Shown here piece by piece: positions 17,249 to 26,600 of a stretch of DNA of 64,000 bases. Each line of letters opens with the position of its first letter. The stretch's first letter is position 1. The translations under genes were made by a program, and so were the position numbers. The stretch comes from a virus, in the IMG/VR virus record IMGVR_UViG_3300023179_000053, positions 29,814 through 93,813 of that record. One strand, written 5' to 3'. Under the pieces are notes generated by a model, which saw nothing but the letters and a program-made list of their open reading frames with translations, was not told the DNA's origin and did no database searches.

Positions 17249-18067
17249 TTATTCGACTAGCTTTGCGTGCTTCTCTATAAAAGACATCATAGTTCCTTTA
17301 TATTTCATTCTGCCTAAATGAGTTAGTTCTATTGATGGCTCAACCCATATTTTGCCACCCATATTTTGCCAATATCTACAGAAACCATAATCTTCAGATA
17401 AGAATCTTTTCATATGAGGATCAATGTAAGAATTAAAGAATGCGTATGTCCATTTCTTTTCCTCTTCATTTAAAGATCCGGTATCGTCATTATACTTAAG
17501 CTCTGGGTATTTTTCAATCATTTTCAGTATGGCTTCTTTTTTAATTAACATAAAGCCAGTGCCGGCATCAAATATTTCTAATGCACCATTGCTTACATTA
17601 ATGGTTCTATTATCAGCATCTCTGACAGGATTTACAACAAATCTAACACTGTTGTCTAATAATTCATCATTCGCCATTCCGGCTTTTACATTTTCCTCAA
17701 CACGTTTCCAATCAATCTGTTTAATAGGGTATGCAGCAGTCATTACTTCTTTTTCATGATATAGAAGTTTAATAATACTCTCCGGCTCCCAGGCTATGTC
17801 TGCATCAATAAACATAAGATGGGTAGCTTTTTCAAATCCCATAAATTTTGCTATAACGCTATTTCTAGCTCTATTAATCAAGCTGTCAGTTATAGTACAC
17901 AATCCAAATTTTATTCCGTGATCTCGAAAATACATCATTGTTTTAATCAATGATAAAACTGTTGGTTCAGATATTTGTTGATCATAACAAGGTATTGCGA
18001 ATAATACATTCCAATTGTCTGTTTGTTCTTTACTAATTGTGATTTGCTGTGTCTCAAATAATGGCAT
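17249..18067 (-). CDS. glycosyltransferase, GT-A fold (GT2-like)
   Basis: SLINRARN, MFIDADI (DxD), GTGFMLI and LSEDYGFC motifs. Confidence 0.85.
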   Translation of the reverse strand: MPLFETQQITISKEQTDNWNVLFAIPCYDQQISEPTVLSLIKTMMYFRDHGIKFGLCTITDSLINRARNSVIAKFMGFEKATHLMFIDADIAWEPESIIKLLYHEKEVMTAAYPIKQIDWKRVEENVKAGMANDELLDNSVRFVVNPVRDADNRTINVSNGALEIFDAGTGFMLIKKEAILKMIEKYPELKYNDDTGSLNEEEKKWTYAFFNSYIDPHMKRFLSEDYGFCRYWQNMGGKIWVEPSIELTHLGRMKYKGTMMSFIEKHAKLVE

Positions 18068-18073
18068 ATCAAT

Positions 18074-18079
18074 ATTATA
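18074..18079 (-). promoter_or_regulatory. -10 box positioned for a leaderless mRNA
   Basis: TATAAT 6 nt upstream of the ATG; no SD; lies directly after a terminator. Confidence 0.55.
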
Positions 18080-18081
18080 CT

Positions 18082-18108
18082 AAAAAAAAAGTGGGGCTTT
18101 CGCCCCAC
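18082..18108 (-). terminator. rho-independent terminator
   Basis: GTGGGGC-GAAA-GCCCCAC followed by 9 T on the minus strand. Confidence 0.9.
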
Positions 18109-18142
18109 CCGAAAAAATTATTATTTTTTTTCTAGAAATTAA

Positions 18143-18484
18143 TTATGCTTTGACCGGAGCCTTAACATTCTTAACATCTTTTGCCTTTACTGACGTATTC
18201 TTAACGATAGTAACTTCAACATCATTCTTTGAAGGAACTCTGAAATAAAGCGTTTCATTGTTCTTATCAAAGTGAATTTGAACTTGCAGGTTTAATTTCT
18301 TAGCCTGTGCTCTAATTCTCTGTTGCATTGAGTTATATCGTTTTCCAGACTGAACGCCGGTAATACTGTATGCCTTACCGTTTTCAGATGACATCACTAA
18401 TGTATCGATTATTTGCTGTAATTCAGCAGATGTTCGACCACCTCGTGAAATAACTGGGAAATTATTAGCTTCATTGATTTGCAT
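18143..18484 (-). CDS. small basic protein, possibly nucleic-acid binding
   Basis: 113 aa, Lys-rich tail, AGGAG SD, own candidate promoter and terminator. Confidence 0.75.
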   Translation of the reverse strand: MQINEANNFPVISRGGRTSAELQQIIDTLVMSSENGKAYSITGVQSGKRYNSMQQRIRAQAKKLNLQVQIHFDKNNETLYFRVPSKNDVEVTIVKNTSVKAKDVKNVKAPVKA

Positions 18485-18513
18485 TTTATGCTCCTATTTA
18501 CTGTATGTTTTTA

Positions 18514-18545
18514 TCGTCACCGTGACGACAGGGCAAATGGTAGCA
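18514..18545 (-). promoter_or_regulatory. extended -10 (TGCTACCAT) with downstream palindrome TCGTCAC-N-GTGACGA
   Basis: TGn-TAnnnT at 18537-18545; perfect 7-bp-arm palindrome at 18514-18528. Confidence 0.45.
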
Positions 18546-18572
18546 GATTTATCAAAGACTATACCTCGTTCG

Positions 18573-18749
18573 CTAAACTTCTTTCAAAGAGTTTTTTTCC
18601 TGTTTCTGATTAACGAATTTAACAAGTGTATTTACTTGTGCAGTAAGCACTGCATTTTGAGCTATCAAATCTGCAACTTTATCTGTAAGAATTGCTATGA
18701 CTTCTGATGCTTCAACCTGTATATCTTTTGCTATATTGATTCTATCCAC
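18573..18749 (-). CDS. small coiled-coil protein (58 aa, not in ORF track)
   Basis: GTG start after GGAGGTG SD; MDRINIAKDIQVEASEVIAILTDKVADLIAQNAVLTAQVNTL... Confidence 0.6.
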   Translation of the reverse strand: MDRINIAKDIQVEASEVIAILTDKVADLIAQNAVLTAQVNTLVKFVNQKQEKNSLKEV

Positions 18750-20470
18750 TTTCCCACCTCCTGACTTGGTATACTAATTTCTTTATATCCGGGTGTGAAC
18801 TGTCTCAAATTATGATTATACACGCTTACAGTACCAAAATCTTCTAAATCTTCTTCAATCTCTGACTGCATTGAAAAGTCTAATACTTCAATTTCTACTT
18901 CTTGCTCTACCGCAATATTTTCTACACAATTGAATACAGATCCGGCTAGAGCATCAGCCATATCTTTTGAACCGCCAGACGGGTGATCAATTTTATTATT
19001 ACTAAACAATCTAAGCTTTAATAGCTCTTCGTTAACTAATATTTCATTCCAGTATCCTCTTAATCTTGTATCATATATAGCAGTCATTAATGTGTCATAA
19101 TCACTCTTCTTTACGCTATGAAAGTCAGATGCGATTCCTTGTGCTCTCAAACTCTGAATCATTTCAATAGATTGCCATCTATCAAATGTAACTTTAGCTA
19201 CATCAAACTTTCTACATAAATCGACTATCATTTGTCTAACAGAAGCAAAGTTAATTTCTTGACCGGGCGCTGCTTGCCAAGAATGTAAAAGATCTACATT
19301 TATTACCGGCAGTTTTTCTATACCCATAGAAGTTTTAACTTCTTTAAATCCTGCACAATGAGTCATACATAATGCAGATCTATCTCTTTTAAATCCTAGA
19401 TCTACGTGTATAAATCTTCTATGACCATCTGAATTATTAAACCATTTATGATATCTTCCATCTTCATCTTCCGGATTGTCTGCATACATAAAAGCTTTTC
19501 TAACTAAATCTTCATCTCTAAAATATGCGTCTTCCATTGTTGGTGGTTCACATTCAAATCTTGATGCAGCCTCTATAGGATTTCTTATGTATTCTGACTC
19601 TAAGTCCGATCTTTTAATTGTTGGGTTTACTTCCCAAGTAGCAGCTTTAATAAACCATGTTTTAGGTTCGCTTTTTTCTTTTGCCCCAAAATATCTTTGT
19701 TGAATAAAGTCACCCTTGTATCTTGGGAACGATAGTAAAATTACTTTACCTACTTCTGGGAATCTAGACATCACAGATAATTTACTCATGTTATATATTG
19801 CAGAAGCTGAGCCTTTAGCTCTCGTATCACCTTTCAATTCCATATCTGTTTTAAAAGCAGAAATTTCGTCTAACACTATTGTTAATACTTCATAACCTTC
19901 CCAACCTTCACTTTCAGAGTGACCGGAGAATAATCTTACTGGTCTAGAAAAGAAAAATATTTCTGAAACTCTAGGTTCAAATCCAACGCTATTAAAATAC
20001 GGAGAGCCAAGCAATAGATTTTTTAGAGGTTCAAAGAAAACTCTTTGAGCTTGCTGTGCGTTTACGGCAAGATTTAATAGGTCAACGTATACACCATTCG
20101 CTTTACCGTAATAACTGAGAGGATCGCGCAAACAATGTAGCAAATATGCCGTGTATGCAATTGAAATTCTGCTACAATGGTCCTTCCCAGAACCTTTTCC
20201 TAACATACAAATTATTTCATTATCTGTATATTTTTTATAGTATTCGAGACCATCATGCTCACCCATAAGCTTTTGCAAAGTAGGAAGTTTAAAGATTTGC
20301 GTACTATGTTTGACTATTTCAAGTTGTATATCAGACAATGGCGGGAGACCAAGATATTTCTTTTCTTGTACAAATGTTTCAATACTTACCGGTTGTTCCA
20401 TCAATTCATCTTGCCTAAGCAATCTATCAAAATCTGCAAATTCCAAATTTATTCCAAGATACTCAGACAT
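18731..20470 (-). CDS. terL: terminase large subunit
   Basis: Walker A GKGSGKD, Walker B IVLDE, nuclease acidic motifs HVDLG, TFDRWQS and SKDMADALAG. Confidence 0.92.
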   Translation of the reverse strand: MSEYLGINLEFADFDRLLRQDELMEQPVSIETFVQEKKYLGLPPLSDIQLEIVKHSTQIFKLPTLQKLMGEHDGLEYYKKYTDNEIICMLGKGSGKDHCSRISIAYTAYLLHCLRDPLSYYGKANGVYVDLLNLAVNAQQAQRVFFEPLKNLLLGSPYFNSVGFEPRVSEIFFFSRPVRLFSGHSESEGWEGYEVLTIVLDEISAFKTDMELKGDTRAKGSASAIYNMSKLSVMSRFPEVGKVILLSFPRYKGDFIQQRYFGAKEKSEPKTWFIKAATWEVNPTIKRSDLESEYIRNPIEAASRFECEPPTMEDAYFRDEDLVRKAFMYADNPEDEDGRYHKWFNNSDGHRRFIHVDLGFKRDRSALCMTHCAGFKEVKTSMGIEKLPVINVDLLHSWQAAPGQEINFASVRQMIVDLCRKFDVAKVTFDRWQSIEMIQSLRAQGIASDFHSVKKSDYDTLMTAIYDTRLRGYWNEILVNEELLKLRLFSNNKIDHPSGGSKDMADALAGSVFNCVENIAVEQEVEIEVLDFSMQSEIEEDLEDFGTVSVYNHNLRQFTPGYKEISIPSQEVGKWIESI

Positions 20471-20490
20471 ATTTATTTCCTTGAATATGA

Positions 20491-20634
20491 CATAAAGGCA
20501 TCAAAACCCGTTCTCAAATTCTGGCAATTAACCATAAAGGGTCCAAAACCGGTTCTCAAATTCTGGGCATAAAGGCTCGAAAATGAGTTCTCAAATTCTG
20601 ACATAAAGGCTCCAAAACTAGTTCTCAAATTCTG
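20491..20634. repeat. four 33-bp imperfect direct repeats
   Basis: CATAAAGG-N4-AAAA-N3-GTTCTCAAATTCTG at 20491, 20533, 20568 and 20602. Confidence 0.95.
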
Positions 20635-21226
20635 AGCCCTCCACGTCTATAACATCTTTATTATCTGTAGAGAGATCAACTCTTTCTCCGGACATAATTT
20701 CAAAAGCTATTTCTAATTCTTTGCGAACTTCTTCAGCAATTGATGGATGTTTAGAAATTACATCTCTTAAGATTTTAGATAGAATTTGATTAACATTTTC
20801 TGCTTTCTGCATTCTTGCAATATACTCTCCATCAGCTTGGTTTCCGCCAAGCAATTTATGCAACTGAGCTTTTTTTGAAGCAATTTCTCCGGCAAGTTTA
20901 ATTGCTTGTATTCTTGCAGCAACCATACCATTATCTGTTGCAATATTAATCGTCTCCCAAGCTTCCTTGCTTAATTGATCAAATTCTTGTAAAGCTTTTA
21001 TTGTATTAAACTGCACTCTTTCTAAAAAATAAGGATCTTGCTCAACAGTTTTATTTAATATTGTTTTATATTCATCAATATAATCTTTTACTTCATTAAC
21101 TTTTAACGTCATAAGTGCAGCAATCTCTCTATTGCTGTAACCTTTTACATGCAACAATCCAACTTGCTCTACATCTTTAATTTTATCTATTAAGCTTTTT
21201 TCTCTAGATGGTTCGATATTTGACAT
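20618..21226 (-). CDS. putative terminase small subunit (N-terminal HTH)
   Basis: KGYSNREIAALM HTH-like motif, helical body, immediately upstream of terL. Confidence 0.6.
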   Translation of the reverse strand: MSNIEPSREKSLIDKIKDVEQVGLLHVKGYSNREIAALMTLKVNEVKDYIDEYKTILNKTVEQDPYFLERVQFNTIKALQEFDQLSKEAWETINIATDNGMVAARIQAIKLAGEIASKKAQLHKLLGGNQADGEYIARMQKAENVNQILSKILRDVISKHPSIAEEVRKELEIAFEIMSGERVDLSTDNKDVIDVEGSEFEN

Positions 21227-22317
21227 AACCTTTCCTTATATTCAAGACTTACTTTTTCCCAAGTTAAATTTTTATTGACGTATTTAGCGCCTTCAAAAGT
21301 ATGAAATGCAACTTCATTATAATTTTTTACTACATATAACATTTTATCACATAAATCATCAAAATCTGGTTCAGCCCACTCTCCACACCCTTCATATATG
21401 CCACTCATATTAGTAGTGCCCCATTTAAAATTTAAAGGAACTGAAAGATGTGCAAATTCTGTACACGCAGTTGCATTGGTGCATATTGTAGGTACACCTA
21501 AGGCTATACCTTGAACCGGCAACAACCCCCAGCCTTCTCCGCTAGTTGGGTAAAGAACACAATCAGATCTTTTGTATATAGATGCCAACTCATGCTCGCT
21601 AACTTGCCAATCAATAACCTCTATTCTTGGATGTTGAAAAATTGCCGCCAGTATTTCCCCTGATTCATTGTAAATTCTTGCATCTGGCGGTCCATTTGAT
21701 TTATATATAAGCTTAAATCTTTCATCGTGCCCAAACAGTTTTAAAAAAGCATTGACTGAGATTTGAGAGTTTTTCCTAGTTGATGGCGAACCAATACACA
21801 GAAAAGTAAATTGACCATTAGGGAAATCTCTTGGCTTATCTGGTAGAGTATAGATTTGATCGTTTATCCCTAATTTAAAATCATACACTGGTATTTGCAC
21901 ACCGGAGTTTATAAACACATCCCTAGCCCACCTGGATGTTGTCCATAACTCATCTGCGCTATTGATTGGATCTAGCCAGTGATGGGGTATCTTAGATGTT
22001 TCCCAATAAGTAAAACAAATATTGTAATTATTTTTTTTAATAAAAGTAATTGGAAGAGCATTATGAATATGAACATTAAATTTATTATTTATTTCTTTAT
22101 CAGACATGCATATTTCTTGAATTATATTAACACCAAAACTATTTAAATTTTGATTTAATTCACTTTGTGGATTCCAATTAAAATGTTGATTATAATCACT
22201 AATTAAAAAATATTTTTTTAAATATTTTTTTAAATAATTTGCTGTATCAGAATAGCCTTCTGATTTATTTGGTATTATTGATGTTGTCCACTGTATCTTC
22301 ATTTGTGTTAAACCCAA
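21190..22317 (-). CDS. glycosyltransferase, GT-B fold (GT4-like)
   Basis: YWET..IP, RKN and YPTSGEGWGL..GVPTI motifs; true start probably ~22302. Confidence 0.88.
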   Translation of the reverse strand: MGLTQMKIQWTTSIIPNKSEGYSDTANYLKKYLKKYFLISDYNQHFNWNPQSELNQNLNSFGVNIIQEICMSDKEINNKFNVHIHNALPITFIKKNNYNICFTYWETSKIPHHWLDPINSADELWTTSRWARDVFINSGVQIPVYDFKLGINDQIYTLPDKPRDFPNGQFTFLCIGSPSTRKNSQISVNAFLKLFGHDERFKLIYKSNGPPDARIYNESGEILAAIFQHPRIEVIDWQVSEHELASIYKRSDCVLYPTSGEGWGLLPVQGIALGVPTICTNATACTEFAHLSVPLNFKWGTTNMSGIYEGCGEWAEPDFDDLCDKMLYVVKNYNEVAFHTFEGAKYVNKNLTWEKVSLEYKERLCQISNHLEKKA

Positions 22318-23050
22318 TCACTCCACCGGCAGCAGCAGCTTCTTCTTTTAACCTTGGCAATGGCAAGCCATGCACTTTTGTATACTCAACTCTATAGTTA
22401 TACCAGCCCTGCACAGCCCTCCACATTTTATCATCTGTTGTTCTTGCTAATTCTTCCAACTCTTCTGTTGATATTAAAAAACTAAGAACACCTAACGGCA
22501 TATAAACAACTACATCATAATTTGAATCTTTATCTTTTGAATATTTCTTCATAAGAAATTGAAATTGCCTAACAAGATCTTCAACTGGCTGACCGGCGTA
22601 AAAATCGATATTCCCATAAACGTTTCTAATTCTTGGGCAATAATCGTCAACACCAGCTATTGTTCCAAAACTTCTACACACCATTGGTCTATATCCATAA
22701 ATAGAACAACCATTTTTATAGAATGCACACCATCTTTCAGTTTCTCCACCAAACTCCCAGCTAGTATCATTCATAGCTTCTTTAAGTGAAGCAACTATAC
22801 CATCAAACCACTCTTTAGCAAATTGCTCGCCTTTATTCTCTAAGTGAAGATAATATTGCCTATTTAAATTGTATGCAATATTTGCACACTCAGTCATATG
22901 AATAGTAATACCAATCTTGCAACATTTCCCTGAGCCTAAACATTTGTATTTAGTTTCATTTTGTTTAGCCTCAAGAACACGAACTTGATTATACAACATA
23001 TCAAGTTCGCCAAAAATTGCAATATCAGTCAAAGCTACTTTTCTTTGCAT
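22265..23050 (-). CDS. YkgJ-family (CxxCxxCC-like) zinc/iron-chelating protein
   Basis: CLGSGKCC ... CAFY..GCSIY..RPMVCRSFG. Confidence 0.8.
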   Translation of the reverse strand: MQRKVALTDIAIFGELDMLYNQVRVLEAKQNETKYKCLGSGKCCKIGITIHMTECANIAYNLNRQYYLHLENKGEQFAKEWFDGIVASLKEAMNDTSWEFGGETERWCAFYKNGCSIYGYRPMVCRSFGTIAGVDDYCPRIRNVYGNIDFYAGQPVEDLVRQFQFLMKKYSKDKDSNYDVVVYMPLGVLSFLISTEELEELARTTDDKMWRAVQGWYNYRVEYTKVHGLPLPRLKEEAAAAGGVIGFNTNEDTVDNINNTK

Positions 23051-23346
23051 TATCTTCCAAAACCTTTCTTTCTTCTTTGAACTTCTTTCCTTCTCTCCCT
23101 CTTTCTTTGCTCAACTTGTTTTTGCATTGGAGATTGAGGTCTTCTCTTCGCTGTGGAGGCAAGATTACGCCCTTTGCCTCTAAACCTAAGAAGCTCATAT
23201 TTTTCACACCAGTTATATAAACCTTGCGGGGTGATATCAATATTATAAGTTTGTTTTAGTAACTTAACAATGTCGGTAAGATTCATCCTCTTTCTAACAT
23301 AATGCTCATACAGCCAGCTTTTGTCTTTATACGGTTCTAGAGCCAT
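23050..23346 (-). CDS. HTH DNA-binding protein
   Basis: YKDKSWLYEHYV..MNLTDI...ITPQGLYNW HTH pattern; basic tail. Confidence 0.7.
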   Translation of the reverse strand: MALEPYKDKSWLYEHYVRKRMNLTDIVKLLKQTYNIDITPQGLYNWCEKYELLRFRGKGRNLASTAKRRPQSPMQKQVEQRKRERRKEVQRRKKGFGR

Positions 23347-23902
23347 TTTTCCTCAACATTAAATCATACCATAAACCAATACCGATTGCGTCAACAATAT
23401 CATCATCTTCTAGATCCTCATCAGTCATGGGAAAGTATCCGGTAATAATATCTCTAACTCGATCCTTCCTTTCTTTCTTTCTGCTTGCTTCAGTTAAAAA
23501 ATGTTCTTTATCATCTTTAGATAAATTTTTATAACCAATACCACGCTTCCATATCATTGGATTTATGTCTATTACCTTTGTACAATATTTTTGAGACACA
23601 CCCCATGAATAACCAATAATGTAAGAAATAATACGACTTGTTTGAAAATTTTGTATATATACAGATTGTTCAATTACACAGTGATTTGGTTTATACTCTT
23701 TGCATATCTTGTCTATGCCATCATTTATTGCCTCAAATTTAATATGCATTTCCGGAGACTTAGGGAATTTAATTTTTCCACACTTTATCAAACGAGGTTG
23801 CCTCAATCCCATCTCTATCACAGCCCATCCAAGTGAATGTGATGATGGATCTAATGATAATACTTTTGTGAAATTAGTAGTCGCAATAGATTTGATACTC
23901 AC
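23327..23902 (-). CDS. ruvC: RuvC-like Holliday junction resolvase
   Basis: LSLDPS..GWA, VIE, WK..IG and DDIVDAIGIG acidic motifs; start moved to the GTG at 23902. Confidence 0.85.
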   Translation of the reverse strand: MSIKSIATTNFTKVLSLDPSSHSLGWAVIEMGLRQPRLIKCGKIKFPKSPEMHIKFEAINDGIDKICKEYKPNHCVIEQSVYIQNFQTSRIISYIIGYSWGVSQKYCTKVIDINPMIWKRGIGYKNLSKDDKEHFLTEASRKKERKDRVRDIITGYFPMTDEDLEDDDIVDAIGIGLWYDLMLRKNGSRTV

Positions 23903-24210
23903 ATTCTTTCTTTTCGGAGCTTTTCCTCGTCCCAGCCCCACCCCACTAGCCTTTGTATGAATCTTTCGTCTTTGCACCTTTCGCATATATTTTCCTTATT
24001 GTATCTAGATAATATTGTCGTGCAATTTTCTGTTACACAAGTTCGTTTTTTTCCTTTATTACGTTTTTTTTCGTAATAATTCGCTAGTAACTTTTTATTG
24101 GTAACTATCCTTCTGCATTCTGCAGAGCAATATATACTGTTGTAAACTTTTGCTTCAAACTTTTTCTTACATTCATTGTTTTTGCAAACTCTAGAAACAC
24201 CACTACCCAC
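23899..24210 (-). CDS. Cys-rich zinc-binding protein
   Basis: C....C..F ... YCSAEC and C....C...LSRYN...ICERC. Confidence 0.75.
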   Translation of the reverse strand: MGSGVSRVCKNNECKKKFEAKVYNSIYCSAECRRIVTNKKLLANYYEKKRNKGKKRTCVTENCTTILSRYNKENICERCKDERFIQRLVGWGWDEEKLRKERM

Positions 24211-24928
24211 TATCTCCCCAACATAAAGCAGCCAAATCGCAAGAAGAACAATTCTTAGATGTTCTCTTGTATGGTCTGTCTGGAATACTTTGCCTTACAA
24301 AGTTTCCATAAAACTCTCTGTATTTTTTAAATAATTTATCTATAAAGTCTTGATCTTTTTCTATATATATTGGAAGTATCTCTTGATTATTTTTGTTTTC
24401 ATAAATAACAAAACCACCATCAAGATTTAGACATTGCATATATATCTGCGCTTGACGATAGTGTTCGTCTTTTGGTTTTTTGTATATTTGTCTATAATGA
24501 AATCCCTCAGAGCTAATAGATTTTAATTCTATCAGTTTATCTCCGTACCAATTAATGATACCATCTGCTGTGCCCTCAATTGGCGGATCAGCGTAAGTAA
24601 CAGGTATTTCTTCATCTACAAGTATCCCCATATCTCTAAAATAACTATATAAACGACTATGAACAGCATGACCATTATCAAATATTCTTAGAGTTTGTGG
24701 GCTAAAATCTGGCGTTACGTCAACTCCTTCAAATAAATAATACCAATATCTTGAACATTGATTTGTATAGCTAGGGTGAAATCCACTGACTTTTTTATAA
24801 ACAGTTTCATTTTTCTTAAGAAGTTGTTCATCTATTGCTTTATTTAGAGTTTGCTCTAAATCTGCAGGTGAATGAGATTCAACAATAACTGTTTCTTTTG
24901 GCTTTCTTAATTGCTTTAATGCTTTCAT
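24203..24928 (-). CDS. Cas4-like / PD-(D/E)xK exonuclease
   Basis: C.R..YY, G.AVH, GTADG, ELKS, QAQIY and C-terminal CxxC.....C. Confidence 0.88.
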   Translation of the reverse strand: MKALKQLRKPKETVIVESHSPADLEQTLNKAIDEQLLKKNETVYKKVSGFHPSYTNQCSRYWYYLFEGVDVTPDFSPQTLRIFDNGHAVHSRLYSYFRDMGILVDEEIPVTYADPPIEGTADGIINWYGDKLIELKSISSEGFHYRQIYKKPKDEHYRQAQIYMQCLNLDGGFVIYENKNNQEILPIYIEKDQDFIDKLFKKYREFYGNFVRQSIPDRPYKRTSKNCSSCDLAALCWGDSG

Positions 24929-25248
24929 TGATTATAACCGCCCTTTCCGGCAATTTTTAATGCATTTATATTTTCTGTTAGAGCTTCGTACATTGTTTTC
25001 CAAATGTCGTTTACAAATTTATCTTGATCACTCATAACCGCAGACTTTCTTTTAAAAGCCTGGGATTTAACAATCATCAATGTTCTGTAGGCAGCAAGTA
25101 TGTTTGCATACTTTATTGCCTGAGTGCCAAGGTAGTGATCTGGATTCTCAATAATATCCTGAACAACACGTATGCACTCAATAAACTCCTCTGCCTTATC
25201 CCCCATTTGCTCAGCAATAATCTCTTTGCTGATGATGATATCCGGCAT
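24925..25248 (-). CDS. hypothetical helical protein
   Basis: 107-aa ORF coupled to its neighbours. Confidence 0.75.
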   Translation of the reverse strand: MPDIIISKEIIAEQMGDKAEEFIECIRVVQDIIENPDHYLGTQAIKYANILAAYRTLMIVKSQAFKRKSAVMSDQDKFVNDIWKTMYEALTENINALKIAGKGGYNQ

Positions 25249-25388
25249 CAGATGCCCTTTCTAATTTGAATTCCGATTGACCATTTTATCACATAGAAAC
25301 CGAGATAAACCCCATCATCCCAGTTTAAATGAATTCCAATTGCAGCCCAACCAGTAAGCTTGTCAGAATATAAAGAAATTTTACTCAT
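25248..25388 (-). CDS. small hypothetical protein (46 aa, not in ORF track)
   Basis: MSKISLYSDKLTGWAAIGIHLNWDDGVYLGFYVIKWSIGIQIRKGI exactly fills the gap. Confidence 0.55.
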   Translation of the reverse strand: MSKISLYSDKLTGWAAIGIHLNWDDGVYLGFYVIKWSIGIQIRKGI

Positions 25389-25680
25389 ACTCACTTCCTT
25401 TTATTAAATCTTTAAATACTTCCCAATCTATTATTGCGACTTTACTTTCAGAATCTTCACCCATAACTACCGATATGCATGGATATTTATAATTATTGTT
25501 CCAAGCATCTTTGCTAAATTTTTTCCAAAATTTTTGTGTGAGAGTGAAGCTTTTTGCATTGTGTTTATAGTCAAGTAAAAACTTATTCATCGTTGCATCT
25601 CCTTTTCTAAAACCCCTGCCTGAATTTTTAACACCTTTAGCTTTGTCTTTTTTGATCTCCTCTTTCTCAGTTCTTTTCAT
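25381..25680 (-). CDS. Hjc-like PD-(D/E)xK resolvase/nuclease
   Basis: E ... NSGRG..KGD ... DYK pattern, next to recA. Confidence 0.65.
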   Translation of the reverse strand: MKRTEKEEIKKDKAKGVKNSGRGFRKGDATMNKFLLDYKHNAKSFTLTQKFWKKFSKDAWNNNYKYPCISVVMGEDSESKVAIIDWEVFKDLIKGSEYE

Positions 25681-26599
25681 CACTTCTACCAAGAATCTCT
25701 TTCTGAATCGCGGAACGTTGTTTGTCAGAAAGATTAATTGAAGTTAAACCATTCCATTTTTCGTTCTCGTATGAATACCAAGCCCCCTTGCGCTGAATTA
25801 TGTCCATCTCAACTGCAATATCAATTAACTCTCTATCAATATCAATCCTTCCTTCTTGCGGAAGGACATAGTAATATCCAGTAGTGCCAATACTTGGAAG
25901 TTGTTTTGTCTTTTCAATTGTCCAAGTAGCACGCTGACTAGTGATAAGATTTGTATCGTCTCTTTCCATTTCACTCTTTGACATAGATAAGAATAATTTA
26001 ATAATATTGTGCATGTTATGATGCACCGTATTACCCATTTTTGCTTTTGTAACAGCAAACATACCGCTAAGATCAACTGTTTGGTGAGCAACAAACATCA
26101 TCATATTTCTTTCTTTATGCAGATAGTTAACCAATTTCTGCAACAAGAAGCCTTGTGAGCGTGATTGCAATCCCATTGCTTTACCGCCCTCAGGCTTATC
26201 ATAAAATTCTTCTTTAATAATATTAGACAAGCTGTCAAATAAGAATATATGCTTTTCTTCTTGATGCGTAAGATACTCGTAAATATTTTTCAATATTTCT
26301 TCAACAATTGTTGATTGCACAACAACAATATCATCAACGTCAATACCACACTTAATTGCATATGCATCATTGTATGAAGATTCTGAATCAACTATTACCG
26401 GTCGATACCCCATACGCTGAGCTTCAGCAAGAATTCTAAAGCACATTGTCGTCTTACCGACAGATGGTGTCCCCCAAAATAAATGTGTTGCACCAGTATT
26501 TAATCCTCCACCAAGAGCTCTGTTTAAACCGATGCTTGGTGTTGGAATAACTTGATGCACTGGCATCAAATCACCTTTTCTTTTATCTACAATTAACAT
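25667..26599 (-). CDS. recA: RecA-like recombinase
   Basis: IPTPSIGLNRALGGG, Walker A GTPSVGKT, VDSE, FDSLS and C-terminal GAWYSY. Confidence 0.92.
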   Translation of the reverse strand: MLIVDKRKGDLMPVHQVIPTPSIGLNRALGGGLNTGATHLFWGTPSVGKTTMCFRILAEAQRMGYRPVIVDSESSYNDAYAIKCGIDVDDIVVVQSTIVEEILKNIYEYLTHQEEKHIFLFDSLSNIIKEEFYDKPEGGKAMGLQSRSQGFLLQKLVNYLHKERNMMMFVAHQTVDLSGMFAVTKAKMGNTVHHNMHNIIKLFLSMSKSEMERDDTNLITSQRATWTIEKTKQLPSIGTTGYYYVLPQEGRIDIDRELIDIAVEMDIIQRKGAWYSYENEKWNGLTSINLSDKQRSAIQKEILGRSDEKN

Positions 26600-26600
26600 A

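Noticed and set aside
17210-17250. Partial matches to the terminase-region repeat (TTTTGAGAA, TTTCAAATT)
   Set aside because: Too short to be significant in AT-rich DNA
20491-20634. Mini CRISPR array
   Set aside because: Gaps between repeats are only 1-9 bp, so there are no spacer-length unique sequences, and the variation lies inside the repeats
24203-24928. CRISPR-Cas system suggested by the Cas4-like gene
   Set aside because: It is a solo nuclease in the RecA/RuvC recombination module; no other cas genes or array are present
25283-25292. Extended -10 TGATAAAAT
   Set aside because: It falls inside the 46-aa ORF 25248..25388 and is probably a chance match
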